In this document: positions 49,647-59,037 of the stretch, in pieces | Position numbering within the stretch: position 1 is the first letter of the stretch | Layout of the letters: each line of letters starts with the position of its first letter | From: Desulfatiglandales bacterium | GTDB lineage: Bacteria; Desulfobacterota; DSM-4660; Desulfatiglandales; Desulfatiglandaceae | Assembly (NCBI GenBank): GCA_963666345.1 | Contig: OY762721.1 | Location: forward strand, 1,664,001 to 1,728,000 | Length of the DNA stretch: 64,000 bases | Reading direction: 5' to 3' | Made by a program: the position numbers and the translations under genes | The notes under the pieces: generated by a model | Told to the model about the DNA's origin: nothing | Seen by the model: only the letters and a program-made list of their open reading frames with translations | Databases searched by the model: none

Positions 49647-50420
49647 CTAAAACAGGCTGATAAAAAAGTCTACCGCTCCAAGCAGTTTGGCTGAAGAAAC
49701 AGCAACCACGGCTATGAGCAACCACCGGACAAAAACGGCACCCCGCTCCATTGCCAGCTTGGCGGCAAGCCACCCCCCCAGGGCGTTTCCAATCGCCAGC
49801 AGGAGACCCAGATCCCACCTTACCTGTCCGTTGATCATAAACACGATCAACGCGAAAATGGTAAAAGAAAAGATGATCAACAGCTTCACTGCATTGGCCC
49901 TTACAAGGTCATACCCCACGGACAGAACCAGGCCTGCCAGTAAAAACACCCCCACTCCGGCCTGGATAAATCCTCCGTACATGCCGATGCCGAAAAAAAG
50001 AATAAGCTGGAAAAGGTTCGGGCGACCCTCGAGCCTTTCCAGATCCCCTTCAAGCCACCTCTTGGGCCGGGCGATTATTATGACAAGCATCACCGCCATC
50101 AGTGCCCCGATGACCCTTCTCAGCATCTGCTCGTCCAGGTTGACCGCTATCTGGGCGCCTATTATTCCGCCTATTGCCGCGGGAGCCGTGAGCATCAAGC
50201 CCCCCTTAAGATCAAGCATCTTCCTTTTTTTAAAGCTCTTAAGGGCCACATAATTCTGTATGAGAATGCCCACCCTGTTTGTGCCGTTTGCCACATTCGC
50301 CGGGATACCCAGGAATATCAAAAGGGGAAGTGAAATCAGAGAGCCGCTGCCTGCAAGGGTGTTGATGAAACCGCAGCCGAACCCGGCCGCTATAACTGCA
50401 GGATAAATATACCACTCCAT
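49647..50420 (-). CDS. TSUP (TauE/SafE) family transporter
   Basis: GFINTLAGSGSLI, ANGTNR and YGGFIQAGVG motifs; multiple TMs. Confidence 0.88.
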   Translation of the reverse strand: MEWYIYPAVIAAGFGCGFINTLAGSGSLISLPLLIFLGIPANVANGTNRVGILIQNYVALKSFKKRKMLDLKGGLMLTAPAAIGGIIGAQIAVNLDEQMLRRVIGALMAVMLVIIIARPKRWLEGDLERLEGRPNLFQLILFFGIGMYGGFIQAGVGVFLLAGLVLSVGYDLVRANAVKLLIIFSFTIFALIVFMINGQVRWDLGLLLAIGNALGGWLAAKLAMERGAVFVRWLLIAVVAVSSAKLLGAVDFFISLF

Positions 50421-50901
50421 AGTCTTTTTCCTTTGAATTTCTTATTGTAATACATTACCTGAAAACGCGATCAAACTCATCACATTACAATTGAACCGAT
50501 TGACCGCGCGATAAAAACGGCCTGTCCCGCAGCAAAACAACGAGGCATCAATCGCAATTCCCATGCTCACGGCAAGGGATGGGCATTTTGGGAATTTTCA
50601 GCCTTCGGCGGATCAAACAGGGGAGGCCGGGTCAGGTTCAATAAACTGCGAATGATAGGTAATGGACATGCAGGTGTCAAAGAAAAAGAACCGGCACATG
50701 GAAATCTCCAACGCCTTTGACACCATATATTCTACTTGACACAATTATTTTTTTATTGTTCAATTTATGACAAATTGGGCCCACATCGTAAAATAAACCA
50801 TTAATTCTCATTAAAAATCAGAGCCGAAACAGTCCTCAAAAAAAACAAGAAAATGAGACCGACCCAGACTCCCACCAATAAGAAATCATGGAGTTGTTAT
50901 A

Positions 50902-52155
50902 ATGGAAAAATTCGATAAAACAGTAAAACTATGCGCTGCAAAGGGGATATCGGACATACACCTTATGGCCGGGCAACCCCTTGTTTATCGTAAAAGCGGG
51001 ACCATCTACTTTGACAAGAAGACCAAGTGGACGAATGAGGAACTAATTGCCCTGGCCAAAGAGGTACTTAATCCTCTCCAGCAACAGACCCTTGCTGAGA
51101 GAAATTCCGTTGATTTTGCCATCTCAGTGGGTAACATCCGCCTCAGGATAAATATCTTTTCCACCATAAAAGGCCTTTCAGCTGCTGTCCGTCTTCTTCC
51201 GGGGCAGATTCCAAGTGTTGAAGACCTTAACCTTCATCCCAGTCTTAAGGAATGCTGTGAGCTGAAGGCAGGCCTGATACTTATCTGCGGCGCAACCGGC
51301 AGCGGTAAATCCACCACAATGGCCGCTATGATAGAAGAAATAAACAAGACCCGCCCGTCCCACATCATCACACTCGAAGACCCTGTTGAATACAGATTTG
51401 TTTCAAAAAAATCACTCGTAGGTCAGAGGGAGCTCAATACGCATGTCCCTTCCTACGAGCAGGGGCTCCTGGATGTGCTCAGGGAGGACCCGGATGTCAT
51501 TGTAATAGGCGAACTGAGGGAACCGGAGACCATCAGGCTCACCCTGCACGCCGCCGAGTCAGGGCATCTGGTCATAGCATCTCTGCATGCTTCCACTTCC
51601 GAGGATGCCATACACAGGATATGCAATTCCTTTTCACCTGAGACACAAGACGCGGTCAGGAGTCAGCTTTCATCCACTATTCAACTCCTGGCCATCCAGC
51701 AGCTGGCCCATTACGAGAGGGCAGGAATCAGGCTGCCGATCCTTTCGATCATGCGTGCCTCGCAATCGGTTAAGGGCCTTATAAGGGAGAATAAGCTGGG
51801 TCAAATCGAAAGCGCCATACAGACCGGAAAGGCCTACGGCATGTATACGATTGAAAGCTACAAAAAGGAATTCCTTGACAAAAAAGAACATTTCATTTCG
51901 CCTTCTAAAAATTTCAAACCATCAGAGGTAGTGGTACCTGAGCCTGATTCAACTCAGACATTTACCCCCTCTGCCGGAATGCGCATAAAAGTCGAGGAGC
52001 TTCGGCCTCAGGCCAAGATATCCGTTGACATTCCGCGCCAGCCGCAGCCGGTCCAGGAAGGGCAAACGGTAGATCTGGGGTGCCAATATGTGATAGATGA
52101 ACATGCCTCCATGGATCAGCTCATTACGGAAATAAAAAGATCAGGGAAGTATTGA
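50902..52155 (+). CDS. PilT/PilU family ATPase with C-terminal extension
   Basis: SDIHL, GATGSGKST, TLEDPVE, LREDPDVIVIGELR, AESGHLV..LH and GLIRE motifs. Confidence 0.92.
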   Translation: MEKFDKTVKLCAAKGISDIHLMAGQPLVYRKSGTIYFDKKTKWTNEELIALAKEVLNPLQQQTLAERNSVDFAISVGNIRLRINIFSTIKGLSAAVRLLPGQIPSVEDLNLHPSLKECCELKAGLILICGATGSGKSTTMAAMIEEINKTRPSHIITLEDPVEYRFVSKKSLVGQRELNTHVPSYEQGLLDVLREDPDVIVIGELREPETIRLTLHAAESGHLVIASLHASTSEDAIHRICNSFSPETQDAVRSQLSSTIQLLAIQQLAHYERAGIRLPILSIMRASQSVKGLIRENKLGQIESAIQTGKAYGMYTIESYKKEFLDKKEHFISPSKNFKPSEVVVPEPDSTQTFTPSAGMRIKVEELRPQAKISVDIPRQPQPVQEGQTVDLGCQYVIDEHASMDQLITEIKRSGKY

Positions 52156-52232
52156 AAAATTGCCGGCCTTTCCGGTCGGAGCCTCTCAGGGGTTATCAAC
52201 GAAAAAATCATATCTTTCAGAGGGATTCTGCA

Positions 52233-52652
52233 ATGACAAAGTCCAAATCAGATAAAGCCGAAAAAAATCTGGATGAAAGGCTGATGAATTTGATCAAAAA
52301 GTTTCCGGATAAGCAGAAAAGAGAACTCCTTCAAATCCTGCCTGAGTGGGAAAACTGGGTACGAAGAAGGAAAAGTCCCAGGAAGATGCTTAAATCGGGA
52401 TATTCTGATCTGGATGAATCGGCTTCAGGATATATAGTTCGTAATATAAGCGCGGGAGGGGTTTTCATCAAGACCGACTCACCCCTTGAGATGGGGCAAA
52501 ACATCTCACTCCTTTTCACCTTCCCTGATATGGAAACACCCGTTCGAGTGACGGCAGAGGTCGTAAGGGCCACGTCTGAAGGATTCGGCCTTAAATTCGA
52601 CAAATCCGATGAAAATGTCAGGATCCTCAGCAAGTTCTTTGAGGAACTCTGA
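52233..52652 (+). CDS. PilZ domain protein
   Basis: RKSPR (RxxxR) and NISAGG (D/NxSxxG) c-di-GMP motifs. Confidence 0.88.
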   Translation: MTKSKSDKAEKNLDERLMNLIKKFPDKQKRELLQILPEWENWVRRRKSPRKMLKSGYSDLDESASGYIVRNISAGGVFIKTDSPLEMGQNISLLFTFPDMETPVRVTAEVVRATSEGFGLKFDKSDENVRILSKFFEEL

Positions 52653-52771
52653 TAAAATAGAGGGATTTATCCTGACACATGAAGATATTGATTTTACAAA
52701 GGAATCGGCACCCTGCCGATTCCTTTTTTTGAGTGTCAGGCAGGGCACCGTCAAAAATCACTACAGCCAAA

Positions 52772-54145
52772 TCAATTGATAAGGCTTTGCAGGGGTGCAG
52801 GAATTCTTCCCCCCATGCCTATAAATTTTTCAGAGGCAGGCTCGTTTCTCACGTCCATGATGGTGGCCTGGCCCAGAAGACCCCCGAAATAGGCCTTGTC
52901 CCCTGCCTTTTTCCCAGGCACCGGGATGAGCCTTGCAGCGGTAGTCTTCTTGTTGATCACCCCTATTGCCATCTCATCTGCGATCACGGCGGCAAGCGTG
53001 GCCGCAGTGGTATCCCCGGGCAGGGGGACCATATCGAGACCGACCGAGCAGACGCTCGTCATGGCCTCCAGTTTCTCCAGTGAGAGATACCCCTTCCTGG
53101 CCGCCTCCGATATTGTTATATCCTCACTTACAGGAATAAATGCCCCGCTAAGTCCTCCCACATAGGAACTGGAAAAAGCGCCGCCTTTTTTCACCGCATC
53201 ATTCAACATGGCAAGGGCCGCAGTGGAGCCGGGCACACCTATGCTTCTAAGGCCCAGGCTCTCGAAGATTTCACCCACACTGTCTCCCACATTCGGCGTG
53301 GGGGCAAGCGAAAGATCAACTATACCGAAGGTAACGCCAAGCCTTGAAGCCACCTGCCTGCCGATAAGTTCCCCCACCCTGGTAACCTTAAAGGCGGTCC
53401 TCTTTATGATGTCCGAGATCTCTCCGAAATCCGGTCCGTCCTCTTTTTCCATGGCCCTGTCGATTGCCTTTTTCACGACCCCCGGCCCGCTCACTCCGAC
53501 GTTTATAACCGCATCAGGTTCCCCGATACCCAGATATGCCCCGGCCATGAAAGGAATATCCTGTGGTATATTGGCAAACACGCATAGCTTTGCACAGGCA
53601 AGGCCGTCAGAGTCCGCGCTGCTTTCAGCAGCCTTCTTTATTGTCCTGCCCATCAGCGATACCGCGTCCATATTGATTCCCGCCGATGTGGACGCAACGT
53701 TTACCGAAGAACATACCCGTTCCGTTCCGGAAAGGGCCTCCGGGATAGCCGCTATAAGTGAAGAGTCCCCGTGGGAGAATCCCTTTTCAACACAGGAGCT
53801 GAAACCGCCGACAAAGTCGACTCCTATCTCTTTGACCGCCCTGTCGAGTGTAACGGCCACCTCAACCATCTCGGAAGAGGAAAAGGGTGCCGCCACAACA
53901 GAGATGGGACTTACGGAAAGCCTCTTGTTAACCACGGGTATGCCGTACCTGTCACCCACCCGGTCGCAGACACTGACAAGATTTTCTCCCAATCCGGTAA
54001 GCTTATCATATATATTGCCGCAAAATCTCTTAAGGTCATGACTCTGGCATTCCATCAGGTTTATCCCGAGGGTTACGGTTCTAACATCCAGATGCTCATT
54101 TTTCAGCATCTCCAGTGTTGAAACAACTTCTCTTTCGGTCAGCAT
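52772..54145 (-). CDS. PFL-like / DUF711 (UPF0210) protein
   Basis: LDVRTVTLGI, NKRLSVSP, FMAGA, DLSLAPT and LEAMTSVCSVGLDM motifs; paired with an ACT protein. Confidence 0.9.
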   Translation of the reverse strand: MLTEREVVSTLEMLKNEHLDVRTVTLGINLMECQSHDLKRFCGNIYDKLTGLGENLVSVCDRVGDRYGIPVVNKRLSVSPISVVAAPFSSSEMVEVAVTLDRAVKEIGVDFVGGFSSCVEKGFSHGDSSLIAAIPEALSGTERVCSSVNVASTSAGINMDAVSLMGRTIKKAAESSADSDGLACAKLCVFANIPQDIPFMAGAYLGIGEPDAVINVGVSGPGVVKKAIDRAMEKEDGPDFGEISDIIKRTAFKVTRVGELIGRQVASRLGVTFGIVDLSLAPTPNVGDSVGEIFESLGLRSIGVPGSTAALAMLNDAVKKGGAFSSSYVGGLSGAFIPVSEDITISEAARKGYLSLEKLEAMTSVCSVGLDMVPLPGDTTAATLAAVIADEMAIGVINKKTTAARLIPVPGKKAGDKAYFGGLLGQATIMDVRNEPASEKFIGMGGRIPAPLQSLIN

Positions 54146-54205
54146 AATATTTTTTCTCCGACTTTTAACAAAGGCCGCACACATCTATTTGGGTGCCGTT
54201 ATCTG

Positions 54206-54760
54206 TTAGATTCTGTTTATCGCCTCAAAGATCTCCCTGTGCTGAATACTGAGGTCAAGTCCCAGCTCCTCGGCTCTTCTGAAAAGGGCCTCCCTGAAAG
54301 AGTCCTGCTCCATACCGGCGGGAATTTCAACCTCATATATCATGGTGTTTTTTGAAGGATCCTCCCCTCCCCTGAAAAGTGCCTTGAGGTTGGTTATGTT
54401 TACCCTGAAAAGGGCCATCACCTCGGTCACACCCGAGACCAGGCCCAGACGGTCCGGGCCTGTTGTGGTAATTACAAACGGCTCATACGGCTCTGCATCT
54501 GCCGGTAGACCTTGATTTTCAAGGGGTCTCATAGACACCTGCAGCCCTAAAGGCTCAAGAGCCCCGTTCATGGAGCCATGCAGGTCGTCAGGGCTGATCC
54601 CCTCAGGCATGGATATGATAAATATGGAAGCAAACTCGGATTGAAGCCTTGTCTGCGTCACATCCTCCACATTACATCCTGAATCGAAAAGCACCTTTGA
54701 AACGGCCGCAACAATCCCCGGGCAGTCCCTTCCCAGTATGGAAATCACTAATTTTTGCAT
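54206..54760 (-). CDS. Tandem ACT domain protein (GcvR-like)
   Basis: GRDCPGIVAAVS and GPDRLGLVSGVT ACT signatures; C-terminal IFEAINRI. Confidence 0.88.
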   Translation of the reverse strand: MQKLVISILGRDCPGIVAAVSKVLFDSGCNVEDVTQTRLQSEFASIFIISMPEGISPDDLHGSMNGALEPLGLQVSMRPLENQGLPADAEPYEPFVITTTGPDRLGLVSGVTEVMALFRVNITNLKALFRGGEDPSKNTMIYEVEIPAGMEQDSFREALFRRAEELGLDLSIQHREIFEAINRI

Positions 54761-54851
54761 CCCAAACCCTTTCCTTTATTCATGAATATTTTCGCACTCC
54801 CAAAGAAACGCTATATCCGGCAGTAGCAAAAGTCAACTTACATTAACATTG

Positions 54852-55224
54852 CGGAAAACATACCCTTGTCCCATTTTCTTACTCCTCCGTTTGCCGGCGC
54901 ACAAGCGCAAGCGCCGCAACCGTCCGGGCGTTTTGGGTTATTCGTTATTCGTTAATGGAAAAATGCAAAACACTGCCAGTTTACCTTTTCCTTCCAACCA
55001 ATAAGGCAGGTGCAGGGATTCTTTTTCCGGTCTTATCTCACAAAAAAATACCACAGGCATTTGCAGTGGCCGCAGACAGGGCTTTCTTCCCGGGTGCCCT
55101 GTCAGCTAAGGTAACATTTGCAAAAGCACTGGGATGCGGCTACTTCCCCGTAAGAAATAGAGAAGACCGGAAAAAGAGCGCCTGCACCGGAGCAGTAACC
55201 TGCCGGAAGCGCATCTTTATTCGT
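54852..55224 (+). repeat. Dispersed copy of the 293-bp structured repeat (type-1 interior)
   Basis: TCTTATCTCACAAAAAAATACCACAGGCATTTGCAGTGGCCGCAGACAGGGCTTTCTTCC matches the array unit. Confidence 0.92.
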
Positions 55225-55337
55225 CTGCAAATGGCCGCCCGGGCCGCGCGATATCTTGAGGTCCCGGCCCTGCTGTGATAAACTCGGAGCCTGTTCGGTC
55301 ATTATATACGAATATCAGGCGGGTGAACCAATCTACG

Positions 55338-56000
55338 ATGAAGATAACTCTCATAGGTATGTCGGGAACCGGGAAATCTTACTGGGCTTCAAGGTTTTCC
55401 GAATCAGGGTTCAATACGATAGACTGCGACCGGCTTATCGCCCTGAAGCTCAAAGGATTTCTTTTGCAGGATGACGGCTCATTTATGGATATGGGCAGAT
55501 GGATGGGGTTTCCTTATGAATCCGGCTATGAGAGCAAAGAGGCAAAATATCTTGAATGCGAAAAAGAGGTTTTTCATGAACTGGTCGAGAGGCTTGAGTC
55601 TGAAAAACGCCAATCCGAAGATGATCTTGTATTAGATACGGGCGGAAGTCTCATATACATGGGCGAAGAAATAATTACAAGGCTGAAAAGACTTACCATC
55701 ATGGTTCACCTGTCATCTCCGGAACAAATCCGCGCCGGGATGCTTGAATCATACATGGCATGTCCCAGACCTGTTTTATGGATGGGCATGTTCAAGAAAC
55801 GGGAACGGGAGTCAAATACTGAAGCATTAAAAAGGTGCTACCCGCTTCTTCTTTCTTCAAGAGAAAAACGGTACGAACATTATGCGGATATCAGCCTGGA
55901 CTATTACTGCCGCACCAAGAAGGATTTCGATACAAGCCGGTTTCTTTTACTATTAAATAAACACCTTTACAAAAAGGCTGACCATACACAGGGGAGGTGA
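55338..56000 (+). CDS. Shikimate kinase-like P-loop kinase
   Basis: LIGMSGTGKS Walker A, DTGGS, RP and REKRY motifs. Confidence 0.75.
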   Translation: MKITLIGMSGTGKSYWASRFSESGFNTIDCDRLIALKLKGFLLQDDGSFMDMGRWMGFPYESGYESKEAKYLECEKEVFHELVERLESEKRQSEDDLVLDTGGSLIYMGEEIITRLKRLTIMVHLSSPEQIRAGMLESYMACPRPVLWMGMFKKRERESNTEALKRCYPLLLSSREKRYEHYADISLDYYCRTKKDFDTSRFLLLLNKHLYKKADHTQGR

Positions 56001-57571
56001 AAAAAATGAGGGTATCCTCAATTGCTGAGATGCGTGAACTGGACAGAAACGCTATGGAAAAATTCGGGATCAAGGACGAAATCCTCATGGAAAACGCAGG
56101 GCTTGCCTCCCACTCAGTCATTAGGAGCCATTTAGAGATAAAGGGGCTCAGGGCGCTGGTATTCTGCGGAGCGGGTAATAACGGGGGGGACGGCTTTGTC
56201 GTGGCCAGAAAAATTCACTCGGACGGAGGATCCGTAAAGGTATTTATTCTGGCGGATAAAAACAGTTACAGGGGTGCGGCAAGGGCCAACCTCGACATCC
56301 TCTTCCGCCTGCATATGGATATTGAACGGTTGAAAGACCCTGAGGCCGTTTCCGAAGAGATATCCAGCTGCGACCTGATAGTGGACGGGATATTCGGCAC
56401 GGGACTCGCCCGGCCCGTGGAAGGCCTTTACAGACAGATAATCGAACTCATCAATAGAAGCGGCAAGAAGATCCTGAGCCTTGATATACCATCCGGAGTA
56501 AACGGAGATACGGGCCGGGTAATGGGAGTCGCGGTAAGGGCGAACTGGACCTGCACCTTCGGGCTTCCAAAGCTTGGAAACATGCTTTTCCCAGGTTTTC
56601 AATTATGCGGAGAACTATCCGTATCCCACATATCCTTTCCACCTGAGATCTACAGCCATGTAAAGGTGGAAATTTCCAGGCCGGCCCCCCCCGCACCCAG
56701 AGACATGAACGGCCACAAGGGCAGTTTCGGTAAGGCCCTTGTAATTGCCGGTGCGCCAGGTTATTTCGGTGCGCCCTATTTTGCGGCGCTTTCATTTCTG
56801 AAGGCCGGAGGAGGTTATAGCCGTCTTGCGGCACCTGAAGGCATGATAGCCTTTATTGCCGCACAGGGAAGCGAGATCGTCTTCGTGCCTCAAAAGGAGA
56901 CCCCGTCAGGAAGCATTTCCTCCGTAAACATGGAAAGCATCCTCGATCTCTCAAGGCAAACGGATATTGTAGTCATGGGGCCGGGGATGTCTCTTGATGA
57001 TGAAACCCAGGACCTGATAAGGCGGCTCGCCTCAAGGACGGACAAGCCGTTACTTCTTGACGGAGACGGTATCACTGCGATATGCGGCGACCCTCAAATC
57101 CTTGCCGGCAGAAAGGCCGGTACCATCCTGACTCCTCACATCGGCGAAATGGCCCGCCTGACAGGGGAAAAACCGGAAAAAATCGAAAGCAACAGGGTTG
57201 AAATACTGAGAAGGACTTCAAGGCAACTCAACTCGACAATAGTGCTTAAAGGGGCACATTCCCTGATCGGACATCCCGACGGAAGGATATTTATAAATAT
57301 GACCGGGAATCCCGGCATGGCCTCTGCCGGCTCAGGGGACGTGCTTGCAGGAGCTATCGCCGCCATGTACGGTATCGGTATACCGCTGGATGAGGCGGCA
57401 GTATCCGGCGTCTTCATTCATGGCCTGGCCGGTGACCTTGCAGCCGAGCGGAAAGGAGAGGACGGCATTACGGCAAGCGATATCATGGGATTTCTGCCTC
57501 TTGCAGCCAGCATGCACAGGCAGAGGCCAGCGGAATTCACACACAGGTATGAAGCGGTTAAAACGGTTTAG
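55997..57571 (+). CDS. nnr: Bifunctional NAD(P)H-hydrate epimerase/dehydratase
   Basis: LMENAG, GNNGGDG, DGIFGTG, DIPSG, HKGSFG, GPGM, LTPHIGE and GSGDVLAG motifs. Confidence 0.95.
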   Translation: MKKMRVSSIAEMRELDRNAMEKFGIKDEILMENAGLASHSVIRSHLEIKGLRALVFCGAGNNGGDGFVVARKIHSDGGSVKVFILADKNSYRGAARANLDILFRLHMDIERLKDPEAVSEEISSCDLIVDGIFGTGLARPVEGLYRQIIELINRSGKKILSLDIPSGVNGDTGRVMGVAVRANWTCTFGLPKLGNMLFPGFQLCGELSVSHISFPPEIYSHVKVEISRPAPPAPRDMNGHKGSFGKALVIAGAPGYFGAPYFAALSFLKAGGGYSRLAAPEGMIAFIAAQGSEIVFVPQKETPSGSISSVNMESILDLSRQTDIVVMGPGMSLDDETQDLIRRLASRTDKPLLLDGDGITAICGDPQILAGRKAGTILTPHIGEMARLTGEKPEKIESNRVEILRRTSRQLNSTIVLKGAHSLIGHPDGRIFINMTGNPGMASAGSGDVLAGAIAAMYGIGIPLDEAAVSGVFIHGLAGDLAAERKGEDGITASDIMGFLPLAASMHRQRPAEFTHRYEAVKTV

Positions 57572-57582
57572 ATCCTTACCTT

Positions 57583-58065
57583 CTAGACCGCCACTTCAAC
57601 AAAGCGTGGATTAAGGATTCTGGATATCTCGTCGGGAGATATCGCTGCGAGGAGGCCCCTTTTGCCGGCGTTTATGTATACCTCCTCAAGTCCCTTTATG
57701 CTTTCCTCCATATAGACACTCAGAGGCCTTTTAGTGCCGAAAGGAGATATTCCCCCCACCTTGTACCCGGTATGTCTGTGGGCGGCGGCAGGATCACACG
57801 GACTGACCCTCTTTACATTGATGGCCCTTGCAAGATTCTTTGCCGAAACCCTTTTGTCCCCGTGCATCAGCACCAGAAAGGGGTGTCCCTGGTCGTCTTC
57901 CATTACAATGGTCTTGATGACGCGGTGTTCGGCCACCCCCAGCTCTCTGGCAGCCACCTCTGTTCCGCCCTTTTCCTCATACCTATAGGGCAACAGCCTT
58001 ACTTTCGCATCATACCGCCTTAATAATCTCAGGGCCTGAGTGGTAGGGATCTTTTCCTTTGCCAT
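57583..58065 (-). CDS. ybaK: Cys-tRNA(Pro) deacylase YbaK/EbsC
   Basis: VIKTIV, TGYKVGGISPFG and NAGKRG motifs. Confidence 0.92.
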   Translation of the reverse strand: MAKEKIPTTQALRLLRRYDAKVRLLPYRYEEKGGTEVAARELGVAEHRVIKTIVMEDDQGHPFLVLMHGDKRVSAKNLARAINVKRVSPCDPAAAHRHTGYKVGGISPFGTKRPLSVYMEESIKGLEEVYINAGKRGLLAAISPDEISRILNPRFVEVAV

Positions 58066-58163
58066 GCCTCACCCGTCTTTGCGCGAAGCCTTGCAAACTC
58101 CGGTTTTAAGCCGCACTCCTGTTCTGAAAACCGCATGGCTGGCCGGGGCACCTGCCTGTTGTG

Positions 58164-58193
58164 AAAAAAAAGGCCCCGAAACACGGGGCCTTT
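58164..58193 (-). terminator. Rho-independent terminator of the csp gene
   Basis: Minus strand AAGGCCCCG-TGTTT-CGGGGCC followed by a T-run, about 20 nt after the stop. Confidence 0.85.
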
Positions 58194-58214
58194 ATGGTTC
58201 ACTGTCTAGGCTTG

Positions 58215-58418
58215 CTATATGGGGCGAACCTTTGTCGCTTCAGGACCCTTCCGTCCCTCGCCTGCCTCATAATCCACTGACTGACCTTCCTGCAGGGTTC
58301 GAAAACCCTCGGCCTCAATGTTTGAGTGATGGACGAACAGATCTTCGCCTCCTTCATCAGGGGTGATAAAACCGTAGCCTTTCTTGTCACTGAACCACTT
58401 TACTGTACCTTTGGCCAT
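58215..58418 (-). CDS. cspA: Cold-shock protein
   Basis: [18 protein letters not shown]...LFVHHS (RNP1/RNP2); GGAGG SD. Confidence 0.95.
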   Translation of the reverse strand: MAKGTVKWFSDKKGYGFITPDEGGEDLFVHHSNIEAEGFRTLQEGQSVDYEAGEGRKGPEATKVRPI

Positions 58419-58533
58419 GAAACTTCCTCCCGTGTAGGCCCCTTTTTCACCAAGGGGCAACTGGCCTTCCCCTATTCCCAAAAGGTTGTGTGCATATAGG
58501 GGTTGAGAGCACACACCCTGACAATGATGAGTC

Positions 58534-58562
58534 AGTAAACAGAATTCAACGGAAAAAGTCAA
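58534..58562 (-). promoter_or_regulatory. Putative sigma70 promoter of csp giving a ~110-nt 5' UTR
   Basis: Minus strand TTGACT-17 bp-TTTACT; long leaders are typical of csp genes. Confidence 0.45.
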
Positions 58563-58646
58563 TAACTCTTTAAAATATTTTTTAAATACTTTTATGCAAC
58601 ATTCCTCAAGGCGGAAAAAAGGCACAGGCCAAGGGGCCGTTTAAAA

Positions 58647-59035
58647 GTGCCGCGTTATTCGTTATCGGTTATACGGAAAGAACCAAACATACCCATGACA
58701 ACTCTTTAACACATCTGTTCGCCAGCTCACGGGCGCAGGCACCGGGGCTCTTTTTCCGGTCTTATCTCACAAAAAAATACCACAGGCATTTGCAGTGGCC
58801 GCAGACAGGGCTTTCTTCCCAGCTGCCTTATCAGCCTGAGGTAACATCCACAAAAGCCCGTTGATGCGGTCACTTTCCCGTAAGGCATAGAGAAGGCCGG
58901 GAAAAGAGTGCCGGGGCCGCAGCGGCAGCCGTCCACACGTGCCGCGTTATTCGTTATCGGTTATACGGAAAAACCGGAATCACATACTCCTGCCAGTTAT
59001 TTAACGCCTCTGCCCGCCTGCGCACAAGCGCAGGC
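58647..59035 (+). repeat. Dispersed copy of the structured repeat, A-B-A form
   Basis: 33-bp identical direct repeat GTGCCGCGTTATTCGTTATCGGTTATACGGAAA at 58647 and 58939 (292 apart) flanking the type-1 core. Confidence 0.93.
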
Positions 59036-59037
59036 TC

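Noticed and set aside
50550..50620. c-di-GMP riboswitch upstream of pilT
   Set aside because: A hairpin exists (AATTCCCA...TGGGAATT), but the GEMM consensus motifs are not recognisable
54955..55278. 107-aa ORF (and 58727-58936, 32425-32799) as real genes
   Set aside because: They lie within repeat copies, and indels between copies break the frame
58647..59035. Integron attC cassette (GTTATAC/TAAC motifs)
   Set aside because: The core-site order and spacing do not fit RYYYAAC...GTTRRRY, and there is no cassette ORF or integrase in the window
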